DNA from: Minisyncoccota bacterium
GTDB taxonomy: Bacteria; Patescibacteriota; Minisyncoccia; Phycocordibacterales; SBAW01
NCBI GenBank assembly: GCA_035546615.1
Contig: DASZWM010000002.1
Span: 15,460 to 79,459, forward strand
Length of the DNA: 64,000 nt
Reading direction: 5' to 3'
Position numbers and translations under genes: made by a program. Shown here piece after piece: positions 37,215-47,664 of this stretch. The notes beneath the pieces are model-generated. The model saw nothing but the letters and a program-made list of their open reading frames with translations. It had not been told where the DNA came from and made no database searches. Numbering within the stretch: position 1 is the stretch's first letter; each line of letters opens with the position of its first letter.

Positions 37215-38213
37215 ATGGCAGGGTTTTACAATAACGCTATTTTCTGGGTCGAAGTAGAGAAGATACGGCCGAATCCCTTTCAGCCGCGCAAGGAATTCGA
37301 CGAGGCGAAATTGCGCGATTTGGCAAACTCCGTGCGCCAGTACGGCGTAATCCAGCCGCTTACCGTCACGCGACACGAGGTGCAGAAGGAGGACGGCGGG
37401 CTGGCTTCCGAATACGAGCTTATCGCCGGCGAGCGCCGGCTGCGCGCGGCGAAGATGGCGGGCATCACCTCGGTGCCCGTGCTTATCCGCGACTCGTTCG
37501 ACGACGACAAGACCAAGCTGGAGCTCGCGATAATCGAGAACCTTCAGCGCGAGGACCTCAATCCCATAGACCGTGCGCTGGCCTTCGACCGGCTGGTGAA
37601 GGAATTCAGCTTCAAGCACGCCGAAGTTGCCGAAAAGATAGGCAAGAGCCGCGTGTACGTCTCCAACACCATCCGCCTGCTGGGAATGCCTCCGGAAATG
37701 CAGCAGGCGCTTTCGGAAGGCAAGATAAGCGAAGGCCACACACGGCCGCTCCTCATGCTTGCCGACCGGCCGCAGGAGCAGAGCGTGCTCTTCCGCGAAA
37801 TAATGCTGAAGCGGCTCACCGTGCGCGACACAGAAAGCATTGCGCGGCGCATCGCCTTCGACCGCGTGCGCAAGAAGGAATATCTCTATTCGCCGCAGAT
37901 ACTCGAAATGGAGCGCGAGCTGACCGAGGCGCTCGGCACCCGCGTTGCCATAGAGCCCAAGGAGAACGGCGGCAAAGTGTCCATAGATTTTATGAGCGAG
38001 GAGGACTTGCAGATACTTTTCGCGCACCTGGCGGCCAAGATCAATGCTTCAAAAGAGGTGTCGACACAGCTGATACCCGCAGCCGCCACAGCTCTTGCTG
38101 AGGAACAGCCGGCGGCTTCCGACGTGCCGCTGGCGCAAAGCCTCGACGATCGTTCGCGCGACGAAATCACGAAGGACGAAAACACCTTCGACCCGACGAA
38201 TTTCTCTATCTAG
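37215..38213 (+). CDS. parB: ParB/Spo0J-family partition protein (no parA adjacent)
   Basis: ParB box VEKIRPNPFQPRKEFDEAKLRDLANSVRQYGVIQPLTV and LIAGERRLRAAKMAG, plus an HTH region. Confidence 0.85.
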   Translation: MAGFYNNAIFWVEVEKIRPNPFQPRKEFDEAKLRDLANSVRQYGVIQPLTVTRHEVQKEDGGLASEYELIAGERRLRAAKMAGITSVPVLIRDSFDDDKTKLELAIIENLQREDLNPIDRALAFDRLVKEFSFKHAEVAEKIGKSRVYVSNTIRLLGMPPEMQQALSEGKISEGHTRPLLMLADRPQEQSVLFREIMLKRLTVRDTESIARRIAFDRVRKKEYLYSPQILEMERELTEALGTRVAIEPKENGGKVSIDFMSEEDLQILFAHLAAKINASKEVSTQLIPAAATALAEEQPAASDVPLAQSLDDRSRDEITKDENTFDPTNFSI

Positions 38214-39760
38214 CCGCTCTTCTCCGCTTCAAGCGCATTCCGGATGTGCCTTCGGGCAAGAGTGGTTTTGGCGAAGTCGAGCCATTTCTGCTTGGGCCGC
38301 GCGTTCTTCTTAGTCTGTATCTCAACGATGTCGCCGTTGTGAAGCTCGGTATCAAGCGGAACCATCTTGCCGCCCACTTTTGCGCCGAACAGGCGGTCGC
38401 CCAGGTCGGAGTGTATGGCGTATGCGAAATCCACGGGGGTTGCGGCAACCGGCAGGTCTACCACGTCGCCGTGCGGCGTAAAGACGAACACGCGGTGGGA
38501 AAATATGTCGCCGCGCACCGCGGTGTCGAAGTCAGGGTCCTCAAGCTCGTTTTCCTCAAGGCCCGAAAGCCATTCAGGCACCGGCGCGGAGCCGTAGCGC
38601 GTGCGCTCGGGGCCTTTTGGCGCGGCATCGGCCTCCGGCTTTTTCTCGGGCGCGCGGCGGAAACCCGGCAGGAGCGAGCGTATCCAATCGAAGCTGGAAC
38701 CGCGGCCGCGCGCCGGATCGCCGGCCCCGCCGCGTTCTTTATAGATAACGTGGGCGGCGATGCCGAAGAGCGCGTCGCGATGCATCTCTTTGGTGCGTAT
38801 CTGGACCTCGACGATGCCGCCGTCGCCCGCGAACACCGTGGTATGGAGCGACTGGTAGCCGTTGGGCTTCGGGAAGGCGATATAGTCCTTGATTTTGTAG
38901 GGAAGCGGCTGCCAGAGATTGTTCACGAGCCCCAGCACGCGGTAGCAGTCCGCGACGTTCTCCACCACGACGCGCAGCGCGGCAATGTCGTAGACCTTGT
39001 CGAGCTCGCCGCCTTTGCGCTTGAGCTTCTGCCACAGGCTCCAGAGGCCCTTCACGCGGAAGTCGGTCTCGAAGTTGCGGATATCGTTCTTGCCGAGCTC
39101 TTTCTTGAGCGTGCGGCTCATCTCCTCGAGCCTGTTCTGCGTTTCTTTGGACTTCTCGGTCAGGAGCTTGCGCGCCTCGGCATATTCTTCCGGGTACGCG
39201 TACTCGAACGCGAGGTCTTCCAATTCCTTGCGCACCACTCCCATGCCTAAACGGTGGGCGATAGCGGCGTATATCTCGAGCGTTTCGAGCGCGATACGCT
39301 TTCGTTTCTCGGGCGGGACATGCTTGAGCGTGCGCATGTTGTGGAGCCTGTCCATCAGCTTGATGATAAGCACGCGCACGTCCTTGCCGGTCGCCACCAG
39401 CAGCTTGCGCAAGGACTCGCGATGGCGCTCCGCGCCGCGGTACTTGAGGTGTCCGAGCTTGGTAACGCCTTCCACCAAAAACAGCACATCCTTGCCGAAC
39501 TCTTTCTCAATAGTGGCGGCTTCGACGCCCATATCCTCGATGGTGTCGTGGAGCAGTCCGGCGGCGATAGTGCGCGCGCTCATGCCTATTTCGGCGAGCG
39601 ACTCGGCCGTGGCGGCCAGGTGGGTGATGTACGGCGCGCCGGAGAAGCGCTTGTGGTCGCGGTGCGCGTGCGCCGCGAACGCGTACGCTTTTTCAACCAG
39701 CGCCCTATCCTCCGCGGTGGGGGAGCTCATCTTGCCCAGTATGTCTTTCACTTCGGGCAT
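38210..39760 (-). CDS. RelA/SpoT-family (p)ppGpp synthetase/hydrolase (short Rsh)
   Basis: HD hydrolase motif HDTIED, a synthetase domain, and a C-terminal TGS domain. 516 aa, no ACT domain. Confidence 0.85.
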   Translation of the reverse strand: MPEVKDILGKMSSPTAEDRALVEKAYAFAAHAHRDHKRFSGAPYITHLAATAESLAEIGMSARTIAAGLLHDTIEDMGVEAATIEKEFGKDVLFLVEGVTKLGHLKYRGAERHRESLRKLLVATGKDVRVLIIKLMDRLHNMRTLKHVPPEKRKRIALETLEIYAAIAHRLGMGVVRKELEDLAFEYAYPEEYAEARKLLTEKSKETQNRLEEMSRTLKKELGKNDIRNFETDFRVKGLWSLWQKLKRKGGELDKVYDIAALRVVVENVADCYRVLGLVNNLWQPLPYKIKDYIAFPKPNGYQSLHTTVFAGDGGIVEVQIRTKEMHRDALFGIAAHVIYKERGGAGDPARGRGSSFDWIRSLLPGFRRAPEKKPEADAAPKGPERTRYGSAPVPEWLSGLEENELEDPDFDTAVRGDIFSHRVFVFTPHGDVVDLPVAATPVDFAYAIHSDLGDRLFGAKVGGKMVPLDTELHNGDIVEIQTKKNARPKQKWLDFAKTTLARRHIRNALEAEKSG

Positions 39761-39789
39761 ATCCTCTAATACTACTCCTTTTGCAGTAA

Positions 39790-42009
39790 TTATTCCGCTT
39801 TTTTCTTTGCAAAGCCTCTGCGCTTCTTTTCTTCGCTCAGTATCTCAAGCGCGCGATCGAGCGTAATCGCATATACGTCATCGGTTTTGAGTGAGCGGAA
39901 GTCGGGTTTGGGCTTCGTATTGTGGGCGATATAGGGACCAAAACGGCCGATGTTTGCAGTAATGGTCTCCTCGGTATCGGGGTGTACACCGAGCACGCGT
40001 GGGAGGCTCAAATACTTAAGAGCATCTTCAAGCGTAACTTCTTCGGGCACTTTTTCTTTGGGGATGGAGCCGCGCTTGGGCTTGTTCTTGGACTTCGAGC
40101 CCTTGCCGGTCGGCGTTTCGCCCACCTGCACGTACGGGCCGAATCGTCCGGTCAGCACGTAAATGGGCTCGCCGGTCTCCGGATAATTGCCGATGGGCTT
40201 GGGCGGCTCGTTTGAAATAACTTCGCCGGTCTCCGTGCGCGCGCCGAGGCAGTCGGGGAAGCGCGAGCAGGACATGAACTTGCCCTGGCGCGAGAGCTTG
40301 AACACCATGGGGCTGCCGCAGAGGGGGCATTTGAACTCTTCCGGCGCGGGACCGAGATCGGTAATCTTACCGGCCTCCTTATCCTTCAATTTAACGTCCT
40401 TAAGGAACGGGGTGTAGAAATCGCCGAGGGTCTTGGCATATTCGCGCTTGCCCTGCGCGATGTCGTCGAGCTCGTCTTCCATCTCGGCGGTAAAGGTATC
40501 TGAAATATAGTTGGCGAAGTTATCCTCGAGGAAGCTCGATACCACGTCGCCGGTGTCGGTGGGCATAAGCGTGCGGCCTTCCTTCAATACGTAGCCGCGG
40601 TCCTGGAGCGTCTTCATGATGCTCGCGTACGTGGACGGGCGGCCGATGCCGCGCTTCTCAAGCTCCTTTATGAGGCCGGCCTCGGTATAGCGGTTGGGCG
40701 GAGTGGTAGCCTTTTCCTCGGCCGACACGTCCTTAACGTCGAGCACTTCCTTGGCCGATACTTTCGGCAGTTCCACATCCTCGCCGCGGGCCGCAGGGTC
40801 GGCCTTGAGCCAGCCGTCGAATACGACGCGCGAGCCGTTGGCCGCAAATTGGGGGATCTTGGCGTTCTTGGTCTCGGCTACGACTTTCGTCTTGAGGAGC
40901 TTTGCATCCGCCATCTGGGAGGCGATTGTGCGCGCCCAGATAAGCTCGTAGAGCTTTTTCTGGTCCGGGGTCGTGCCGACCGACTCCTTTTCTATGTGGG
41001 TGGGACGCACCGCCTCGTGGGCTTCCTGCGCGTTCTTGGACTTGGCGGCGAAGGTATGCGCCTCGACATAGTTCTTGCCGTACTTCTTTTCGGCGTGGGC
41101 AAGTATGGAGGCGCGCGCCGGAGCGCCGAGGTTGGTCGAGTCGGTGCGCATGTAGGTGATATGCCCGGCTTCATACAGCTTCTGCGCGATGCGCATAGTA
41201 TTGGAAGGGGAATACCCGAGGCGCGTCGAAGCCGCCTGCTGGAGGGTGGAAGTGGTGAACGGCGCCCGGGGTGCGCGCTTCATTTCGCTTTCGGTCACGT
41301 CCAAGACGGTAAGCCCGTCCTTTTTGACGGCCTCTAGTATCTTGTCAGCCTCGTCCTTCTTGCGCGGCTCCTCGACGCAGGTAAGCATCAGGTCATCCTT
41401 TGCCTCGGTCTTCGTCGCCGCAGTTATTACATAAAACGTTTCGGGTACGAAGGCGCGTATCTCGCGCTCGCGCTCCATGATGATGCGCAAGGCGGGGCTC
41501 TGCACGCGTCCGGCCGAAAGCCCGTAGCGCACTTTCTTCCAAATGAGGCCGGAGAGGTCGTAGCCCACGAGGCGGTCGAGCACGCGGCGGGCCTCCTGGG
41601 CGAAGCGGAGGTTCTGGTCTATCTGGCGCGGATTCGCGAGCGCCTCGGCAATGGCTTCCTTGGTAATTTCGTGGAATACGATGCGCTCGGGCTTTTTGAG
41701 CTTAAGCTCCTGGCCGATGTGCCAGGCGATAGCCTCGCCCTCGCGGTCGGGGTCGGTCGCGAGTATGACCTCGTCGGCCTTCTTGGCGAGATGCGCCAGC
41801 TCGTCGATGACCTTGGCCTTGCCGGGCACGACCTCGTAGTGGGGGACGAAGCCCGCCGGAATGTCGATGGCTTTCTTATTGGACTTCGGCAGGTCGCGCA
41901 CGTGGCCCACGGATGCCCGCACGACGAAATCGCCTTTCTTGTCTATTTCGGAAAGGTACTTCTCAATAGTTTTCGCCTTGGCGGGCGACTCGACGATGAC
42001 CAGTTTCAT
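39790..42009 (-). CDS. topA: DNA topoisomerase I
   Basis: TOPRIM start MKLVIVESPAKAKTIEKYL, the active-site Tyr region, and C-terminal zinc ribbons (CPLCGSPM...CSRFPDC). Confidence 0.95.
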   Translation of the reverse strand: MKLVIVESPAKAKTIEKYLSEIDKKGDFVVRASVGHVRDLPKSNKKAIDIPAGFVPHYEVVPGKAKVIDELAHLAKKADEVILATDPDREGEAIAWHIGQELKLKKPERIVFHEITKEAIAEALANPRQIDQNLRFAQEARRVLDRLVGYDLSGLIWKKVRYGLSAGRVQSPALRIIMEREREIRAFVPETFYVITAATKTEAKDDLMLTCVEEPRKKDEADKILEAVKKDGLTVLDVTESEMKRAPRAPFTTSTLQQAASTRLGYSPSNTMRIAQKLYEAGHITYMRTDSTNLGAPARASILAHAEKKYGKNYVEAHTFAAKSKNAQEAHEAVRPTHIEKESVGTTPDQKKLYELIWARTIASQMADAKLLKTKVVAETKNAKIPQFAANGSRVVFDGWLKADPAARGEDVELPKVSAKEVLDVKDVSAEEKATTPPNRYTEAGLIKELEKRGIGRPSTYASIMKTLQDRGYVLKEGRTLMPTDTGDVVSSFLEDNFANYISDTFTAEMEDELDDIAQGKREYAKTLGDFYTPFLKDVKLKDKEAGKITDLGPAPEEFKCPLCGSPMVFKLSRQGKFMSCSRFPDCLGARTETGEVISNEPPKPIGNYPETGEPIYVLTGRFGPYVQVGETPTGKGSKSKNKPKRGSIPKEKVPEEVTLEDALKYLSLPRVLGVHPDTEETITANIGRFGPYIAHNTKPKPDFRSLKTDDVYAITLDRALEILSEEKKRRGFAKKKAE

Positions 42010-42047
42010 TGGATGCCTTGGATACTACAGTAGCACAGTGCGGAACA

Positions 42048-45000
42048 TTACCCTTTTTCCACTTCGCTTGGCAAGCGCCCCGGCCAGCGGTACACGAGCG
42101 TCGGAATGAGAATGAGCGTCAGTATCATCGCGAAGGAAAGCCCGAAAAGAATGGCGAACGCCAGCGGCCCCCACAGGGCGGACGCGAAGGTGAGCGGTAT
42201 CATGCCGATCACCGTGGTGATGGTCGTGAGGACGATGGGGCGCAGGCGCGAGGTCGCCGCCTCGACCACGATGTCGGAGAATGTGCGGCCCGCTCCCGCG
42301 TGGAGGCGCTGGAGTATGGAGTCCATGAGGATGATGGCGTGGTTGATAATGACGCCCGCGAGCGCAATGACGCCCAGAAGCGAGGAGAACGAGAGCGTCT
42401 GGCCGGTCAGCACCAGGCCGCCGAACACGCCGATGAGAGAAAGCGGGATAATGGCGAGCAGATACGTGGTGTAGCGGAATGAGTTGAAGGCAAGCACGAG
42501 AATGACGAACATAAGCGCCATGCCCGCCAACAGCGCGATACCCATCTCGGCGAAGGACTGATTGGTCTCTTCGTTCTCGCCGCCGATAGATACCGTGACG
42601 CCCACGGGAAGCTCGACGCTCTTCATCTTCTCGTTGTACGCGGCAAGCACCGCTCCGGCGGTGTAGCCCGGCAGCGTATTGGCCGACAAGGTTACTATGC
42701 GCTCCCGGTCCTCGTGGTTGATTGTCGAGTCGTTGCGCGCCACGCTTTCCTCAAGGAGCGAGCCGAGCAGTATCGTAGTCCCGCTCTGGGTGGTGATAGG
42801 CACCTGATGAAGCGCGTCTATGGTGGCGTTTGAGGCGTCATGCGGGTCAATGTAGGACGGGTTTAGATTGAGAAGCACGTTTATGTCCACGTCGCGCTCG
42901 GCGCCCGAAATGGACGTTGCCTTCATGCCCGACACCGCGGTGCGCAGGGTAGAGGCCACTTGCGCGGCCGTCACGCCCGCCTGCGCGAGCCGCGAGCGGT
43001 CGATGCGAAGCTCGAACTGAACGGTCTCGTTCTTGTTTGAAGCGTCGACGCTGGTGGCGCCGGGTGTCGACTCGAGCACGCCGCGCGCGGCCGCCACCGC
43101 CGCATCCAGCGCGTCGCGGTCGGAGCCGAGGAACTTAATAAGTACGGGCGCGCCCACGGGCGGGCCGCCGGTCGGCTGGTCGGACGTTACCTTGGCGCTC
43201 CGGATGCCGGAAAGCTCTTTCCGGACTTGGCTCAGCACTTCGGTGCTGGTCTTCGAGCGGCCTTTCGGCAAATTGATGGTGAGGCTCGCAAATCGCGGAT
43301 CGGACTGGGGATTGCCGCTGAATTCGCTGGTGCGGCCGACGGTCGTCACGAAGGACGCGATGTCGTGGTCGTTGTACAGCACTTCCTCCACCTGGCGCGC
43401 GACCAGATCGCTCTGATTGAGCGACGAGCCCGGCGGAAGCTCAATATCGGTATATAAAAAGTCTATGTCATCCTGCGGGAAAAAGCTCACGGGAAGCAGT
43501 CCCGCGATGGGCAGGGCGAGGGCCAGAACGAACGCGAGCGCCATGCCCCACAGGAAGCGGTTCTGGTTCTTCTTGTGATGCAGGAAGCTTTTCAGCTTCG
43601 CGGAGTACCAGGTACGCGCCGCCTCGGCGTACTCTTCCTGCTTGTCCAAGAGCCAGCCGCGCGCGCCTATCTTCTGCGAGAACATCATGGTGAGCGTCGG
43701 CACCAGCCCCAGCGCCACGAAAATGGAGGCGATGAGCACGAATATGAGCGTGTACGGGATGCCGGCGATGAATTTGCCCACGATGCCCGAAATAAAGAAG
43801 AGCGGGAAGAACACCGCGACGGTCGTCATCGTGCCGCCGATGAGCGGCCAAGCGTACTCGCGGAGGGCCTCGAAGGCAGCCACTTTTTTGTCGCCGAACG
43901 TGCGTATGCGGGTGTGTATGGCTTCGACGACGACGATGCCGGAGTCCACGAGGATGCCGATGGCGAGAATGAGCGAGAAGAGGGAAATAAAGTTGAGCGT
44001 GTTGCCGGTGTAGAGGAGCCCGACGAACGCGATAAGGAACGAAAGGGGAATGGAAAGGCCCGCGACTATCGCCTCGCGCCAGCCGATGGTCGCAAAGAGC
44101 ACGAGCATCACGAGCACGACGGTCTCAAGCCCCGTGCGGGTAAGCTCGGTCAGGTCCTGCTGCACCTCGTCGCCGGCGTCCAGCGACACCACGACCTGGC
44201 TGCCGTCCAGAAGCCCTGCCTTGAGCGTATCAAGCCTTGCCTTCACCGCGCGGGTCACAGCGGTCACGTCCTGTCCGCGCACTTTGTATACCAAAAGGGT
44301 CATGGCCTGCTCGGAGGGCGCGCCCGCAACCGAGATGCGCGAGTAGGAGGTCGCCTTCTCGACGCCGTCGGACACGTCGGCGATATCGCGCACGTAGATG
44401 ACCTGCCCGCCGACGTTCAGTATCGCCACCGAGCCGATGTCCTCGGTCGTATCGAAGCTGCCGTCGAAGGCGATATTGTAGTTGATGTCATTGACCTCGA
44501 TGGAGCCCACCGGAAGCGACGAGTTCGCAGCGCCTATGGCCGCCACGACCTGGGGGAGCGAAATGCCGTAGCGCGCGAGGTCCTCCTTGCGCACGACGAC
44601 GTCTATCTCGCGGTTGCGCACACCGGAGATGTCTACGCGCTGGACTCCCTTCACGGCCTGGAGCTCGTTCTGTACCTGATCGGCCAGTTCCGCCAGCTGG
44701 GCGAAGGGCTCGTTGGCGGAAATGGAGATTATCTGTATAGGCTGGTCGACGAAGTTCACGTCAGATACCGTCGGGTCCTTCGCTTCCGCCGGGAGGTCCA
44801 CTTTCGCCTTATCGACCTCGTCCTTGAGCTTCTGGATGGACTTGTCGAGGTCGGCCGACGCGAGGAACTGCACGGTCACGACCGAGATGCCGTCGCGCGA
44901 TGTCGAGGTGAGCGTGTCGAGGTTCTCGATGTTGGCCAGATGCTCTTCAAGCTTGTTAGTGACCAGGCGCTCGACGTCCTCGGCCGATGCGCCCGGAAGC

Positions 45001-45152
45001 ACGGTCGATACGATGCCCACCGGGATGGATACTTCCGGCGCCGACTCCTTGGTGATGCGTACGGCCGCGAAGACGCCCGATATCGTGACCGCCGCGATGA
45101 CGAGCAGGGTGAACTGGCGCTTTTCTATGAAGAATTTCCAGAATGACAGCAT
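42048..45152 (-). CDS. RND-family efflux transporter permease (AcrB-like)
   Basis: 1034 aa with 12 TM helices and two large periplasmic loops. The N-terminus MLSFWKFFIEKRQFTLLVIAAV is typical of AcrB/HAE1. Confidence 0.9.
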   Translation of the reverse strand: MLSFWKFFIEKRQFTLLVIAAVTISGVFAAVRITKESAPEVSIPVGIVSTVLPGASAEDVERLVTNKLEEHLANIENLDTLTSTSRDGISVVTVQFLASADLDKSIQKLKDEVDKAKVDLPAEAKDPTVSDVNFVDQPIQIISISANEPFAQLAELADQVQNELQAVKGVQRVDISGVRNREIDVVVRKEDLARYGISLPQVVAAIGAANSSLPVGSIEVNDINYNIAFDGSFDTTEDIGSVAILNVGGQVIYVRDIADVSDGVEKATSYSRISVAGAPSEQAMTLLVYKVRGQDVTAVTRAVKARLDTLKAGLLDGSQVVVSLDAGDEVQQDLTELTRTGLETVVLVMLVLFATIGWREAIVAGLSIPLSFLIAFVGLLYTGNTLNFISLFSLILAIGILVDSGIVVVEAIHTRIRTFGDKKVAAFEALREYAWPLIGGTMTTVAVFFPLFFISGIVGKFIAGIPYTLIFVLIASIFVALGLVPTLTMMFSQKIGARGWLLDKQEEYAEAARTWYSAKLKSFLHHKKNQNRFLWGMALAFVLALALPIAGLLPVSFFPQDDIDFLYTDIELPPGSSLNQSDLVARQVEEVLYNDHDIASFVTTVGRTSEFSGNPQSDPRFASLTINLPKGRSKTSTEVLSQVRKELSGIRSAKVTSDQPTGGPPVGAPVLIKFLGSDRDALDAAVAAARGVLESTPGATSVDASNKNETVQFELRIDRSRLAQAGVTAAQVASTLRTAVSGMKATSISGAERDVDINVLLNLNPSYIDPHDASNATIDALHQVPITTQSGTTILLGSLLEESVARNDSTINHEDRERIVTLSANTLPGYTAGAVLAAYNEKMKSVELPVGVTVSIGGENEETNQSFAEMGIALLAGMALMFVILVLAFNSFRYTTYLLAIIPLSLIGVFGGLVLTGQTLSFSSLLGVIALAGVIINHAIILMDSILQRLHAGAGRTFSDIVVEAATSRLRPIVLTTITTVIGMIPLTFASALWGPLAFAILFGLSFAMILTLILIPTLVYRWPGRLPSEVEKG

Positions 45153-45169
45153 GGGATGATGCGGCGGGA

Positions 45170-46699
45170 TTACTGCGCTACTTCTACCGTTTCCCTCGCG
45201 CGCAGGCCCCGGGCGTCCGTGACTATCAGCATGTCGGGAGTGGCGCCGTCGAGTATGACCACGCGGTCGCCGAGCAGCTCGCCTATCGTTACTGTATGCG
45301 CCACGAGCATATTGTTCGCGTCCACCGTAAAGACGCTCATGCCGCCCTGGCCAATCTTAAGCGCCGCAAGGGGAATGACGAGGCGCGCGGGAGCGGCGGC
45401 CGTGGCGGCGTTTTGCGCGCGGGCAAGCTCGACCGTGACCGACTGGCCGTTGATGAGAGCGGTCGCGGAGCCGCTGATGCCGACGCGCACCTCTATTTTC
45501 TTGGTGACGGGGTCAATGGCGGGCGCGATGCGGGTTATGACGCCGTCTGCCGAGCCGCCGAGCTTCGCCTTGCCGCCTACCGCAAGCTGGCGGGCGTCGG
45601 ATTCGGTGACATAGGCTACCACTTCAAGCGCGCCGTTGTTGGCTACCGTAAGGACCGCGGAGCCGAGCTGGACGTAGTCGCCGCGCTTCAGCGACAGGGA
45701 ATTGATAGTGCCGGAAATGGGGGCGCGGATGAGCGTATGCTCAAGGTTGGCGCGCGCGGAGGCGAGGCCCGCCTGGGCCTGCTTTACCGCCGCGGCGCTG
45801 ACCGAGGCGTTTGCGCCGGTGCCCGCGATGCTCTGGCGGGCGCTGCCGAGCGCGGTTATGGAGGCGGTCACGGCCGTGCGCGCCGCGATAGTGGCAGCCT
45901 TATAGCCGTCCAGCACCGATGCGGTCACGACCTCGTCGGGCTCGCCGGCGTTAAGCGCGCGCAGGAGGGCATCGAGGAAGTTGCGCACCTGCTGGAGCTC
46001 GGCTTCGGTTTGAGCAAGCTCGCCGCTTTGGTCTGAGGCGGAAGAGATCTGCGCCGATGCGGCCTTCTGCCTGTCGAGCGCGGCATCGAGCGCGCTGCGC
46101 AGGCTTTCGGCCTCGCGTTTGGAGGCGGAATCTTCCGTCTTTACGCGCAGGTAATACGTGTGCGGCGTGGTATCCGGATTGATGAACATAGGGTCCGCCG
46201 CGTTGTGCACCGCGTTGTCTGCCGCCGCGTAGGCGGAGAGGAGCGCGCTTGCGGCGCTGGTGCCTGAAATGCCGGCGGAGGCCTGCGCCGCCTCGACGCC
46301 GGCCTGCGCCTGGAGCACCGCCGCGCGCTCGGACGCGTTCTCGACTTCCGCTACCACCGCGCCCGCGCCGACGTAGTCGCCGAGCTGGTAGTTGAGCGAG
46401 GTAATCTCGCCGGATTTCTCCGCGCGCACGGTAGCCTCGGACTTGGAGCTCACGGTGCCCGCTACCGAAAGCCCGGAGGTCTGGTTGGAAAGGTCGGCGA
46501 TGGAGCGCAGCTCAACGCTGCGGGTATTGTTCGGCGCCGCCGCTTCGGAAGCGCCGCCTGAGAACGCCGCGTGGAGGACGATAAGCAGGACGACCAGAAC
46601 GCCCGCCCCCGCGGCGAGTTTTTTCCAGCCCAGACGCTTGGCTGTACGGGTCAGATACGAAACGAAGTCCTGGAGGCGCGCGAAAATAGATTGCAACAT
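45170..46699 (-). CDS. efflux RND periplasmic adaptor (membrane fusion protein, long form)
   Basis: N-terminal TM, a long coiled-coil, then lipoyl and beta-barrel domains (IRAPISGTINSLSLKRGDYV). Immediately upstream of the RND permease. Confidence 0.8.
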   Translation of the reverse strand: MLQSIFARLQDFVSYLTRTAKRLGWKKLAAGAGVLVVLLIVLHAAFSGGASEAAAPNNTRSVELRSIADLSNQTSGLSVAGTVSSKSEATVRAEKSGEITSLNYQLGDYVGAGAVVAEVENASERAAVLQAQAGVEAAQASAGISGTSAASALLSAYAAADNAVHNAADPMFINPDTTPHTYYLRVKTEDSASKREAESLRSALDAALDRQKAASAQISSASDQSGELAQTEAELQQVRNFLDALLRALNAGEPDEVVTASVLDGYKAATIAARTAVTASITALGSARQSIAGTGANASVSAAAVKQAQAGLASARANLEHTLIRAPISGTINSLSLKRGDYVQLGSAVLTVANNGALEVVAYVTESDARQLAVGGKAKLGGSADGVITRIAPAIDPVTKKIEVRVGISGSATALINGQSVTVELARAQNAATAAAPARLVIPLAALKIGQGGMSVFTVDANNMLVAHTVTIGELLGDRVVILDGATPDMLIVTDARGLRARETVEVAQ

Positions 46700-46708
46700 A
46701 TGAAAATA

Positions 46709-46960
46709 TTATCTGTTCTTCTTAATAATACCCTGAATGACGTTGAGCCGCTTGGACAGGTGGGTGGCGAACTTCTCGACGCCCGATAGCTTCGCGAAGG
46801 TCACCATCTCGCCGCCCATGCCGAACACAAGCAGTTTCTGGCCCTTCTTGAGGCCCATCGCCTCGCGGGCGTCCGCGGGAATGACTATCTGGCCCTTTTC
46901 GCCCAAGGTCGTGATGCCGTATATCTTCTCCGCGGGGTGGTGAGCATGGTTCTTAAGCAT
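46709..46960 (-). CDS. AbrB/MazE/SpoVT-family DNA-binding protein
   Basis: GQIVIPADAREAMGLKKGQKLLV swapped-hairpin motif; first gene of the efflux operon. Confidence 0.6.
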   Translation of the reverse strand: MLKNHAHHPAEKIYGITTLGEKGQIVIPADAREAMGLKKGQKLLVFGMGGEMVTFAKLSGVEKFATHLSKRLNVIQGIIKKNR

Positions 46961-47083
46961 AGTATGAAATGTATTACTTTTCCTACACTGTACCGCAGGA
47001 AGGCCGTGCGGTCAATGAAGGCTTACGTGGCGTAAAAAATGCCCCGCGCGACTATGAGTCGCGCGGGGTGATGTTGTCTGGGC

Positions 47084-47611
47084 CTAGTAGGCCCCATACT
47101 GCGGATTGACCGGCGTTGCGGCCTGCCGTCCATAATGCGCGTGATAGAGGCAATACTGATTCCTTTTTCCTCCCGTATCCGCGCCGCAGTACAGCGCGGG
47201 GCTCGTTTCCGTCTGGTCGCGCACGATAGTGTGACACATCCCTTCCTCAACCTGCAGGAGCGTCACGTTGATGCTCTTCGGTTGCGGGATTTCCATGACG
47301 GCACGGGGCAGCGCAGCCTGCCGCGCGGCTTCCGGATGCAGCTTGGGCGGCTCGCGCCTTGCTTTTATCCGTAACCGCATGAGCGCGGCATTGTTTGTTG
47401 AGCCTGTTCGCGGTTTGCGCGGCCGGGCCTGGCTGGGTGCGGGCTTCGGCCGTCCGGAAAGGTTGAGACGGTGGATTTTTCCAATGACGGCATTCGCCGT
47501 AACTCCGCCCAGCTGGGCGGCTATCTGGCTTTTGGAAAATCCCTCGCTCCAGAGCTTTTTGAGCAATTCAATGCGCTCGTCCGTCCAGCCATGATTCTTG
47601 GTAGAACCCAT
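47084..47611 (-). CDS. gcrA: GcrA-family cell-cycle regulator-like protein
   Basis: N-terminal WTDERIELLKKLWSEGFSKSQIAAQLGGVTANAVIGKIHRLNLSGR closely matches the GcrA DNA-binding domain. Confidence 0.7.
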   Translation of the reverse strand: MGSTKNHGWTDERIELLKKLWSEGFSKSQIAAQLGGVTANAVIGKIHRLNLSGRPKPAPSQARPRKPRTGSTNNAALMRLRIKARREPPKLHPEAARQAALPRAVMEIPQPKSINVTLLQVEEGMCHTIVRDQTETSPALYCGADTGGKRNQYCLYHAHYGRQAATPVNPQYGAY

Positions 47612-47664
47612 AGGCTTTTACTCCTTGTACTGATAGTGGAACAAATGTCCTGTCCTTACTATAA

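Noticed and set aside
43575-45146. A 523-aa plus-strand ORF inside the RND permease gene.
   Set aside because: Antisense shadow ORF with Arg/Asp/His-rich nonsense composition.
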